From: a virus
Taxonomy: Duplodnaviria > Caudoviricetes
Length of the DNA: 24,238 nt
IMG/VR virus record: IMGVR_UViG_3300032047_000127
Location: 1-24,238 of that record
Reading direction: 5' to 3' (one strand)
Position 1 is the first letter of the stretch; each line of letters starts with the position of its first letter. Below the pieces are notes generated by a model. That model was not told where the DNA came from, ran no database searches, and saw nothing but the letters and a program-made list of their open reading frames with translations. Of the stretch, positions 10,601-15,548 are shown piece by piece. The translations under genes and the position numbers were made by a program.

Positions 10601-10731
10601 TGCCTTTAAACTTAGGTTTAAATATGAACGGTAGTGCATTAGGAGACGATAATGCAATAGTATTCGGTATAAACTGTTCTTCATCTACAACAACTAACTG
10701 GAATGCAGTAGCAGTATTCCAATTTAATTAA
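1678..10731 (+). CDS. Giant modular tail fibre / receptor-binding protein (3017 aa)
   Basis: Uninterrupted Gly/Ser/Thr/Asn-rich ORF predicted to be beta-rich. It has 13 VGIGTxxP-like repeats, a GNLEVTGTTTTVNST...VERG...WDES module typical of phage fibres, and internal duplications. It lies upstream of the sheath and tube genes. Confidence 0.85.
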   Translation: MANEFKVKKGLIVNGSGSTLLDIQGAQGQVFSVTDSLSGSLFGVSDISGVPIFEVLSDETIILGTSGSEAILISGSTATITSGVLSGSFSGSFVGDGSSLSGLSSGAVTAINNATANRLTTIASTTTQLDAEANLTFDGTNILHVNHTSGQLKLGADVSLFRDGANILRTDDAFHANANIHVGGDGKIFDRAGTNSFIHFDHTNSKIKIQEGGEEMVTIDSGTVTINQAQGNNKFKVFASSSSAHFFVSSSGMVVINNDTTDYFGASTRVQIASGNSSKGVGIRTNIFYLYGYGNGSTTQMIFGDGSANWGLFANDANFKLYDYSISGPALTVDDGGNYFKFLSGSLNITIGRDLSESTAEGRLKMYLRGNNAVLSTYHYNSSLELRAGISGSGYADNWSKIVLQDTHNATTGDIEFWTSGSQAARISHEGYLGIGATTPGAKLEVGGANAAIWINPADGAHAGLHFRQADAFKGFVGYNDSADVVNLSMDGSIVNGINVNSSHNVGIGTTVPKSGDKLFVKGGDLRVEGTSATSDLILDHNGQYSGSRIRGIRDEGNDGQDFGSSMLQFLTNDNSTTSATVAMTINSEGKVGIGSTDPAELLDVAGTARAATGIIEGHLYAGDSLQHWGDGGTGLFFPANDRIVLQTTSTERLRIDSSGIVTINDTGQQGWAGNKLNVGDTGDAASGINILTNATGNAYLLFSDVVDNSAAEYANQIRFAHDGMFLSTNIGGTEIMRLSGSGAVGIGTTTPATELDIFKDGGNATLRVRADGQSTIIIDSDADNSGTAGAYLSYRDTGATKWTLYKETNNDFYLYNAAATSYPIHAKAGGDIVFMEDGGNLGVGPGTPASRLDVSGSIRVHQSAASKYIEVFGGNSGNFIDSYANNLYIRYGGDTNKSIMLDSLGNLTFSSRAIFPSSAGSTASPTIAFPSHSTANHAGIYYDQNNQYLKFRAADGDRAWIGSAGIFSNSNVYSGTTGQFRNYGGVWKATTGTSGNGFNFSSADIPNAVTITGTASNILKITGSGTSTGIQIEKASGSSASTAMLTHLRQGNSTFYVSVDENQNGGKAFAVEISGSTRLSVNASRTYHYNTLNLRNRTTGNNPPEIQFDRDDSTTSNGNNLGAIVARGNDPSGYENGAQIKFKADGTWDSNDYPSRIEFATDQAGTMTNILVLDSNQSSSFTGNVTITGNLEVTGTTTTVNSTNLDLSDNIIGLNRGASSNANDSGIIVERGSTGNNAALIWDESEDSWKFGTTTATPDSTGNLSVAAAPFISNGFWTTTSAVSHWGGYNTVYGTLTWSSGFASIYSRADARLRLGSHNTQGVMVISSSKVGIGTETPHGSDTALHVHGGNILQSGSTANNLYIQDGSNVRGSNHLFLQGDASYVQVKSPGNALYLDAGAGQYFRNGSGTQYGHFRTNNYLFNTGSASTVGGSAFMTLNVGATTNKPISIVNDGTDGMYIRRYDSSGKYQIQTTSGGGNSGILSLQSYGGKVSIGTIDAPGQGNLEVRGIIKTSGSSNGFFLEGAAGSAGDEARIYLGVNSAYAGNTLGFMSGRSGSVHNNYEFRTGDNDTSSAVRLWISASGTVGIGTQVPVEKFTVAGGSIIATGSGNTSIIARSSGGWSGLQTVSSDAENAYLFFKDVSGERSRIWASSNNDLRFATNGGGSTALIIDSNKDAEFFGQTFSFGTSNATTTTLNLTATNTAGSPANAVQVIMTGYEGRGVGHFYLDTSYNNNEWFSGMRYSGGAANFQIGYSATGQAEYITSSLVNIHKSGVVTFSGSNSVHNSGSVIISNGQISISGDGTNATTLTESGNGDFTIAAVDDLRLQAGGEDIVLKGSSGTEFGRLSNSSGHTILRNTSNDKNITIKFKTGGSEYNGLIISASQNGTAYFNRNVHAGSGYSMFAAAFYDSSNSSYLLDPANTGTSLAVAGKAGLGGVTSPSKTLHVGGVGGSGGGIMISPSSGDAEIQFQDSGVTNAYITLEDGTQELRFRDDTANVLNINFSTERVGVGITAPSAKLHVSGTNDVALIEGSGSTILSVEGSQGQLFSVTDSLSGSLFAVSDISGIPILEVESNDAVTMGTFGANTLVVTGSRIGIGTADPSYPVHIYGNGSARFMVSSDVAVLGSTNFAIPAGRKLLLDGIGGHTYIEEESDSNLKIYVAGSERLNITNTVAQFAGEVEASTLDINGVSALDGKVTITDDDAGALTVRRASNTDQALYLRGGAGSGEGRVAAQYSLDLVSGLGGSNNYDLKLVTNAGTALQIDASNSNTSIFSGPLDVNSNADISGQLTVHNTSSISAQHVAIGSAGAANYLYLQGLGDTDKVYLGTHHNGMLDIHAQDATNFMSASVTMMTVSSSGKVGIGTTTPTVNLEVVGTGAPDIRVRDADGTNHYGDRGHNGGNTTYVSRKGTAYGSHTFYRSNGTSTTAVLTLDTSGHVSSSGNFKLADNKAISFGNDDDLNIYHDTTNGLITNELGQLIIQNNQSDGDIIFNGKDGSSAITALTLDMSDGGTAEFGSRVYFPEYLAHSGDPDTLFGFSGNDTFIINTAGTTALTIDSSQDATFAGNISVGGTIINMDTIYLQDTAGGRLGFNRNTSNGAIHNSGYNAFQLQVNTSGASGCLEVQAYNGAGTYGGSFLVDGSARPIINDRILHNGDTHSYFGFPGGDTFNIVLGGSERLRVDSSGNVGIGTTAPAVTTGITPRLDIVGGITHTAIRRKPIAWSASPAAGESGYYALLAKFDIDDANNTDLCAVYTISAEETSGVGCYARIMIKLRKGTSSSTLQVASLTILDIDGNVSDFGASDATSNAEMLEEDSFILKVISASDVRLYIKKKTTYGIVHLFEDSLSYENNLDSTDTTQITYYEDADWSASLPMTAGNTISSYMAATRAMHQFAFFTNTTSTRYLSLYSGFLTGNVSYNQRYVIPKPGKLVGMSIQANASRSNNTLRIYDADNPTSYSQMTSTSFSVTANRNTWVPLNLGLNMNGSALGDDNAIVFGINCSSSTTTNWNAVAVFQFN
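1720..1905 (+). repeat. Copy 1 of a 62-aa module duplicated within the fibre gene
   Basis: GSGSTLLDIQGAQGQVFSVTDSLSGSLFGVSDISGVPIFEV... aligns without gaps to 7771-7956; 38/62 identical by hand count. Confidence 0.9.
7771..7956 (+). repeat. Copy 2 of the 62-aa fibre module (aa 2032-2093)
   Basis: GSGSTILSVEGSQGQLFSVTDSLSGSLFAVSDISGIPILEV..., sharing an identical FSVTDSLSGSLF core with copy 1. Confidence 0.9.
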
Positions 10732-10741
10732 ACTAAATAAA

Positions 10742-11236
10742 ATGGCAACAATAGATAGTACATTTGGAAAAAAAGAATTAACAAAAGCAGCATCTACTTC
10801 AGAATTATCTGATATGGCTTCTAAAGGAGAAAAAGCACAACTTAGTAATGGAGCATTAGTAATGGATTCTACTACAAAATCCGCTATTGATGCAGCAACA
10901 GATCCTTCTATATTAATAAATGATGAAGCAGAGTTTCTAAGATCTAAATTCTATTTTAAACAAATAGAAGATTTGAGAGCTGAAATAGCTAAATTACATG
11001 CTTACGTAAAAGCTGCATTTGGAACAGATTCATCAGCAGCATCTTCAAAAGGGGCAAAAGGTGATACTGGTAATACAGGTCCACAAGGACCTACTGGACC
11101 TCAAGGAGCTACTGGAGCAACAGGAGCTACAGGACCTGCTGGTAGTAATGCTTCAGTTAGTGGTTTTGAAGGAAGCAAAACAGTTGGTAAAGAAACATGG
11201 ACATTTGAAGACGGTTTATTAAAAACAGTAAAATAA
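10742..11236 (+). CDS. Collagen triple-helix repeat protein (164 aa), probably fibre-associated
   Basis: 11 consecutive G-X-Y triplets (GAK GDT GNT GPQ GPT GPQ GAT GAT GAT GPA GSN; 11051-11149), preceded by a coiled-coil-like IEDLRAEIAKLHAYVK. Starts 10 nt after the fibre stop. Confidence 0.85.
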   Translation: MATIDSTFGKKELTKAASTSELSDMASKGEKAQLSNGALVMDSTTKSAIDAATDPSILINDEAEFLRSKFYFKQIEDLRAEIAKLHAYVKAAFGTDSSAASSKGAKGDTGNTGPQGPTGPQGATGATGATGPAGSNASVSGFEGSKTVGKETWTFEDGLLKTVK

Positions 11237-11247
11237 AAAATATAAAC

Positions 11248-11255
11248 TATTTATA
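11248..11255 (+). promoter_or_regulatory. TATTTATA motif, putative late promoter
   Basis: Exact octamer 13 nt before ATG 11269. Confidence 0.65.
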
Positions 11256-11268
11256 ATAAAATAAGTAA

Positions 11269-11625
11269 ATGGCTGTAAAGTACACTTGGGATTGCAAAAC
11301 TGTTGATGCTTACAAAGAGCATAGTGATGCACAAACCCCAACAAATAAGAAACCTGATGTAATTCACACCGTACATTGGAAACTTACAGGTAAAGAAACT
11401 AAAGACGGAGTTGAATATGTAAGCGATTGCAACGGTATTACTTTAATAGATACTGATGATTTATCAGACTTTAAAGATTTCTCTGCTCTGACAAACACAG
11501 ACATTAAAGGATGGGTTACAGAATCTTTAGGTAATACTAAAGTAGAAGCATATAAAGCAACAATTAAAAGTACTATAAAAGAAAAACAGAATCCAACAAC
11601 TATTTCAAAATTAATTGAAAGTTAG
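11269..11625 (+). CDS. Hypothetical phage protein (118 aa), tail-fibre-associated
   Basis: ORF with its own TATTTATA. The YTW...DVIHTVHW...F..LT...IKGWV...LG pattern resembles small proteins that follow fibre genes in aquatic phages (recollection, unverified). Confidence 0.75.
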   Translation: MAVKYTWDCKTVDAYKEHSDAQTPTNKKPDVIHTVHWKLTGKETKDGVEYVSDCNGITLIDTDDLSDFKDFSALTNTDIKGWVTESLGNTKVEAYKATIKSTIKEKQNPTTISKLIES

Positions 11626-11657
11626 TTGGAATATTAAAAAATAGTTCTTATATTATA
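11625..11657 (+). promoter_or_regulatory. Bipartite promoter GTTG-N16-TTCTTATATTATA (copy 1)
   Basis: GTTG at 11625-11628 and TTCTTATATTATA at 11645-11657; identical spacing at 14465 and 23989. Confidence 0.7.
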
Positions 11658-11698
11658 AAGAATATTAATCGATTAAATAAATTAAAAGTTTTAAAATT

Positions 11699-11986
11699 AT
11701 GGCAAATCAAAAGCTAAAAGAAGAAGAAGTAAAAAATTTACAAGAACTTCAACAAAAAAACGCTGCACTTGTTACTGAATTAGGAAGTATTGAGTTAGCA
11801 AACATTGGATTAGAAGAGCGTAGAGAAAATGCTGAAAAATTTCTATTCGAACTTAGGGAAGAAGAGAAAGAACTAGCAAAGTCTTTAGAAGAAGCTTATG
11901 GAATAGGTTCTATCGACTTAGTTAAAGGTGAATTCATACCAGCCCCTGTTCAAGAAGAAGAGGTTGCTGAAGAAGTAGCTGAGTAG
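11699..11986 (+). CDS. Acidic coiled-coil protein (95 aa), possible assembly chaperone
   Basis: Glu/Leu-rich heptad-like helix followed by YGIGSIDLVKGEF and an acidic tail. Flanked by its own promoter and a downstream hairpin. Function is inferred. Confidence 0.75.
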   Translation: MANQKLKEEEVKNLQELQQKNAALVTELGSIELANIGLEERRENAEKFLFELREEEKELAKSLEEAYGIGSIDLVKGEFIPAPVQEEEVAEEVAE

Positions 11987-12016
11987 TTTCTATAGTCTAA
12001 ATACAATTTTTAGTTT

Positions 12017-12040
12017 AGGAGGGTTTTTACATCCTCCTTT
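12017..12040 (+). terminator. Terminator-like hairpin
   Basis: AGGAGG (12017-12022) pairs with CCTCCT (12033-12038), followed by only a short T run; 30 nt after stop 11986. Confidence 0.5.
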
Positions 12041-12108
12041 ACTATTTATATAAGAGAAGTAAAAACATTTCTAACAACACTGTTTTACATTCCTAAACGA
12101 TATTTATA
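12025..12108 (+). promoter_or_regulatory. Tandem TTTTACAT-N10-TATTTATA elements upstream of the sheath gene
   Basis: Two copies at 12025-12050 and 12083-12108, with a 58-nt period and identical internal spacing. Confidence 0.65.
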
Positions 12109-12136
12109 ATAAACTAAATAATAAATTAGACCAGAC

Positions 12137-13888
12137 ATGGCAGAACAAATTATTTCCCCAGGTGTTTTTACAAGAGAAAATGATATTTCTTTTATAACGC
12201 CAGCACCAGTAGATGCGAGCTCAGCATTTATAGGACCAACAGTAAAAGGACCAGTAGAACAACCTACTGTAGTTACTTCATATAACGAATATAAAGCTAT
12301 ATACGGAGAGACTTTTTCTTCAGCTTCAGTTAATAGAGAATTCCTTACTTCTATCGCAGTTAAAAACTTCTTCCAACAAGGAGGAAATTCAGCTTTAGTT
12401 ACAAGAGTTGTATCTGCTTCTCAACACTGGACTCAAGCACAAAGTGCAGCAGTAACATCATCGTTAATTGCAGGTGTTCCATTTACGTTGAAAACACACG
12501 GAAAAGGTGTAATATATAATAACGGTACATCCGCAACAGATCATGGAACTGAAATAGCAGGATCAGGAGGAGCATTAGTATCTGGTTCTAAAGATAATAT
12601 TAGATGGGAAGTAACAAATAAAGATAATAATAATGGAACATTTACCTTATCTATTAGAAGAGGAAATGACAACCATAGTAATAAAGTAATATTAGAGCAA
12701 TATACAAATGTAAATTTAGATCCTAACTCAGATAACTATATAGAAAAAGTAATAGGTAATCAAACTACTACTGTAGCTACTGACGGTAATTTAAAATTTG
12801 TTAAAACTACAGGTAACTTTGTAAATAAATCTAACTACGTTTATGTATCAGCAGTAGGAAAACCAACAATTGATTACTTAGCAGCAGATGGATTCACAGT
12901 TAATTCAGACGGTACTAATTCTTACTCAGCATCTTTACCAGCTGAAGAATCAGGATCTTTCTATAATGGAGGAGGTAATATAGTTGTACCGAGTATGACA
13001 TTTAATGATGCTATTTCTAATACCGATACACAAGGTTTAGAAGCAGCAGATTATTCTGATGCAATTACAATTTTGCAAAATAAAGACGAATACGTTATTA
13101 ACGTAATGGCAGCACCAGGGTTAATATATGATCATTCATCTCACGGAACTGTATTAGACTCATTAATATCAGCTGCAGAAACAAGAAGCGATTGTATTGC
13201 AATAATAGATTTAGTAGCTTATGGAAGCACAACTGCAAATGTAGTAGATCAAGGTAAATTAGTAAATAGCTCTTATGCAGCAGCTTACTGGCCTTGGGTA
13301 CAATTAAGCGGAGGAGCAGGTATTCAATGGGCACCAGCTTCTTGTGTAGTACCAGGAGTATATGCATTTAACGATAGCGCTGCAGCACCTTGGTTCGCAC
13401 CAGCAGGATTAGTAAGAGGAGGTATCACTGGAGTTGTTCAAGCAGAACAGAAATTAAGTAGAGTACAGAGAGATACAATATATGCTGGAAAAGTTAATCC
13501 AATAGCTACTTTCCCTGGACAAGGAATCGCAGTATTTGGACAAAAAACATTACAAACTAAAGCATCAGCATTAGATAGAGTAAACGTTAGAAGATTATTA
13601 ATCGCGCTTAAGAAATTCTTAGGAGATCAAGCTAGTAATTTAGTTTTCGAACAAAATACAATTGCAACAAGAAATAGATTCTTAGCAAATGTAAATCCAT
13701 ACTTAGAATCAGTAGTACAAAGACAAGGTCTTTATGCATACAGAGTAGTAATGGATGACACAAATAACACAGCAGACGTTGTTGATAGAAATCAATTAGT
13801 AGGTCAAGTATTTATTCAACCAGCTAAAACAGCAGAATTTATAGTACTAGACTTTACAATTGAACCTACAGGAGCAACTTTTGCATAA
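12137..13888 (+). CDS. gp18: Contractile tail sheath protein (T4 gp18-like, 583 aa)
   Basis: N-terminal SPGVFTREND...FIGPTVKGP. C-terminal YAAAYWPW, PWFAPAG..RG, VNPIATFPGQGIAVFGQKTLQ...LDRVNVRRL, VFEQN and IQPAKTAEFIVLDF are sheath hallmarks. Confidence 0.96.
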   Translation: MAEQIISPGVFTRENDISFITPAPVDASSAFIGPTVKGPVEQPTVVTSYNEYKAIYGETFSSASVNREFLTSIAVKNFFQQGGNSALVTRVVSASQHWTQAQSAAVTSSLIAGVPFTLKTHGKGVIYNNGTSATDHGTEIAGSGGALVSGSKDNIRWEVTNKDNNNGTFTLSIRRGNDNHSNKVILEQYTNVNLDPNSDNYIEKVIGNQTTTVATDGNLKFVKTTGNFVNKSNYVYVSAVGKPTIDYLAADGFTVNSDGTNSYSASLPAEESGSFYNGGGNIVVPSMTFNDAISNTDTQGLEAADYSDAITILQNKDEYVINVMAAPGLIYDHSSHGTVLDSLISAAETRSDCIAIIDLVAYGSTTANVVDQGKLVNSSYAAAYWPWVQLSGGAGIQWAPASCVVPGVYAFNDSAAAPWFAPAGLVRGGITGVVQAEQKLSRVQRDTIYAGKVNPIATFPGQGIAVFGQKTLQTKASALDRVNVRRLLIALKKFLGDQASNLVFEQNTIATRNRFLANVNPYLESVVQRQGLYAYRVVMDDTNNTADVVDRNQLVGQVFIQPAKTAEFIVLDFTIEPTGATFA

Positions 13889-13905
13889 TAAATTTAAATT
13901 AACAA

Positions 13906-13913
13906 TATTTATA
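13906..13913 (+). promoter_or_regulatory. TATTTATA motif, putative late promoter
   Basis: Exact octamer 16 nt before ATG 13930. Confidence 0.65.
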
Positions 13914-13929
13914 ATAAAATAAATAAAAC

Positions 13930-14415
13930 ATGGCAGTATTAGATCCAAGCGAACTTATGTTTAAGGCCTTTGAACCAAAGGTACAAAACAGATTTGTAAT
14001 GTATGTTGAAAACATTCCTTCATTTATGGTAAAGAATGTTAAAGCACCTACTTTCACTGATAACATTATAAAATTAGATCACGTTAACTCTTATAGAAAA
14101 ATTAGAGGAAAAAGAGAGTGGGAAGATATAACAATGACTCTATATGATCCAGTAACTCCATCTGGTGCTCAAGCTGTTATGGAATGGGCTAGATTAGGAT
14201 ACGAATCAGTAACTGGTAGAGCAGGTTATTCAGATTTCTACAAAAAAGATTTAACTCTAAATATTTTAGGACCTGTTGGTGACATTGTAGGTGAATGGAT
14301 CATCAAAGGAGCAATACTAACTAATGGAGATTTCGGACAGTACGATTGGACATCTGATGAACCAGTAGAAGTAGCAATTACTGTTGCAATGGACTACTGT
14401 GTATTAAACTACTAA
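13930..14415 (+). CDS. gp19: Tail tube protein (T4 gp19-like, 161 aa)
   Basis: Directly follows the sheath gene. Size and motifs (NRF, G..EWEDITMTLYD, MEW, YKKDLTL...GP.G..VGEW.IKGA, DWTSD...ITVAMDY) fit gp19-like tubes. Confidence 0.92.
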   Translation: MAVLDPSELMFKAFEPKVQNRFVMYVENIPSFMVKNVKAPTFTDNIIKLDHVNSYRKIRGKREWEDITMTLYDPVTPSGAQAVMEWARLGYESVTGRAGYSDFYKKDLTLNILGPVGDIVGEWIIKGAILTNGDFGQYDWTSDEPVEVAITVAMDYCVLNY

Positions 14416-14440
14416 AGTTAACTTACATATAAAATTGAAG

Positions 14441-14464
14441 AACCCGGAATTATCCGGGTTTTTT
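14441..14464 (+). terminator. Rho-independent terminator
   Basis: AACCCGGA-ATTA-TCCGGGTT perfect 8-bp stem followed by TTTT, 25 nt after the tube stop codon. Confidence 0.9.
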
Positions 14465-14498
14465 GTTGGTTTAAAAAAAGAAATTTCGTATATTTATA
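14465..14498 (+). promoter_or_regulatory. Bipartite promoter GTTG-N16-TTCGTATATTTATA (copy 2), also containing TATTTATA
   Basis: GTTG at 14465-14468, TTCGTATATT from 14485, TATTTATA at 14491-14498. It begins immediately after the terminator. Confidence 0.7.
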
Positions 14499-14528
14499 TA
14501 TACAACTAGTTATAACTAAATAAAATTT

Positions 14529-15278
14529 ATGGAACCAAAGTTCACAATACCAACTGAAGAAATAGAATTACCTTCAAAAGGACTACTTTATTCTGCTGAT
14601 TCTCCCCTTGCAACAGGAAAATTAGAGATGAAATATATGACAGCAAAAGAAGAAGACCTTCTAACTAATCAAAACTACATTAAGAACGGTACAGTTATTG
14701 ATAAACTGTTAAAATCATTAATAGTAAATAAAGATTTAGATTATAATCAAATTCTTATCGGTGATAAAAATGCAATTATGATTGCAGCTAGAATATTATC
14801 TTACGGTAAAGATTATAAAATAAGATATGCTGGAGAAGAATTTACAGTAGACTTAACTGAATTGAAAAATATTGAAATTGATGAGAGTAACTATGACGGT
14901 GGAACTAATAATTTTGAATTTGAATTACCCTCTACGGGTAATAAAGTTACTTTTAAACTGCTTACACATGGAGATGAAAAAAATATAGAAAGAGAAATAG
15001 CAGGTTTAAAGAAAATAAATAAAAATTCTTCTCCTGAAGTTTCAACAAGAATGAAATATATTATTACTTCTATTAATGGACTTACAGAGAAAAAAGATAT
15101 TAGAGAATTTGTTGATAAGTACTTTTTAGCATCAGATTCAAGAGCTTTAAGGGCAGAATACAATAGAATACAACCAAATGTTAATATGACATTTAAATAT
15201 ACTGATGAAGACGGCGTTGAGGAGGACGTCGATTTACCCATTGGGCTCAGCTTTTTTTGGCCTGACACCGGCAGATAG
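14529..15278 (+). CDS. Tail assembly chaperone / T4 gp26-like baseplate hub assembly protein (249 aa)
   Basis: Sits between tube and tape measure. The ELPS motif occurs twice (IELPSKG...KYMTAKEE; FELPSTG..VTFKLLTHGDE), as in gp26-like proteins. Ends ...GLSFFWPDTGR. Confidence 0.75.
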   Translation: MEPKFTIPTEEIELPSKGLLYSADSPLATGKLEMKYMTAKEEDLLTNQNYIKNGTVIDKLLKSLIVNKDLDYNQILIGDKNAIMIAARILSYGKDYKIRYAGEEFTVDLTELKNIEIDESNYDGGTNNFEFELPSTGNKVTFKLLTHGDEKNIEREIAGLKKINKNSSPEVSTRMKYIITSINGLTEKKDIREFVDKYFLASDSRALRAEYNRIQPNVNMTFKYTDEDGVEEDVDLPIGLSFFWPDTGR

Positions 15279-15513
15279 GTTACGTATTTTTACTGCAATA
15301 CATGAAATCGTTTTCCACGGCAAAGGTGGATACACATGGTCTGAGGTTTACAATATGCCTATATGGCTTAGAAAGTTTACTTTCCAGAAAATGAAAGAGT
15401 TTTACGATAAGGAAAATAAAGAAAACGAAAAACACTACAACCAGCGAAAAAAACGTACTGTAGCAAAGCCTAAAATAAAACCTACTTATCGTACAAAGGC
15501 TTCTAACAAATAG
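15205..15513 (+). CDS. Overlapping +1-frame ORF, probably expressed as the frameshifted C-terminal extension of 14529-15278 (lambda T / T4-like gp51-type)
   Basis: Overlaps the upstream gene by 74 nt. The family-like sequence (FFGLT...HEIVFHGKGGYTWSEVYNMPIWLRKF) begins at the T7 run 15252-15258, so ATG 15205 is probably not the true start. Confidence 0.7.
   Translation: MKTALRRTSIYPLGSAFFGLTPADRLRIFTAIHEIVFHGKGGYTWSEVYNMPIWLRKFTFQKMKEFYDKENKENEKHYNQRKKRTVAKPKIKPTYRTKASNK
15249..15261 (+). other. Candidate programmed frameshift site AGC TTT TTT TGG C
   Basis: Seven Ts read Phe-Phe in both frame 0 (15252) and frame +1 (15253), at the position where tail chaperone frameshifts typically occur, just upstream of the tape measure gene. 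Confidence 0.7.
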
Positions 15514-15521
15514 GAGCCTTT
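15495..15521 (+). terminator. Terminator-like hairpin spanning the stop codon of 15205-15513
   Basis: AAAGGCTTCT pairs with AGGAGCCTTT (10 bp, one G-U) around a 7-nt loop; weak U tract. Confidence 0.5.
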
Positions 15522-15523
15522 AC

Positions 15524-15531
15524 TATTTATA
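15524..15531 (+). promoter_or_regulatory. TATTTATA motif, putative late promoter
   Basis: Exact octamer 17 nt before ATG 15549. Confidence 0.65.
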
Positions 15532-15548
15532 TTATATAATAGTACACA

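Noticed and set aside
406-10731. Diversity-generating retroelement or invertible tail-fibre cassette
   Set aside because: I found no reverse transcriptase, invertase or near-identical repeat pair differing only at adenines. The internal repeats differ mainly at synonymous sites.
11019-11222. Alternative-frame 67-aa + strand ORF in the collagen gene
   Set aside because: Its periodic Leu/Gln/Asp/Glu pattern is the off-frame reading of G-X-Y codons; I saw no slippery site or leader.
13889-14424. Short palindromes AATTTAAATT (13891-13900) and AAGTTAACTT (14415-14424)
   Set aside because: Nearly all A/T and expected by chance in such AT-rich intergenic DNA.
15205-15251. ATG 15205 as an independent start of the 102-aa ORF
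   Set aside because: It lacks the A-rich leader and promoter motif of other genes, and the first 16 residues look like off-frame sequence. A frameshift explains the ORF better, though an independent start is not formally excluded.
15276-15304. Stop-codon read-through or TAG reassignment
   Set aside because: Frame 0 meets TGA shortly after the TAG, and all genes are intact under the standard code with TAG stops at sensible gene ends.
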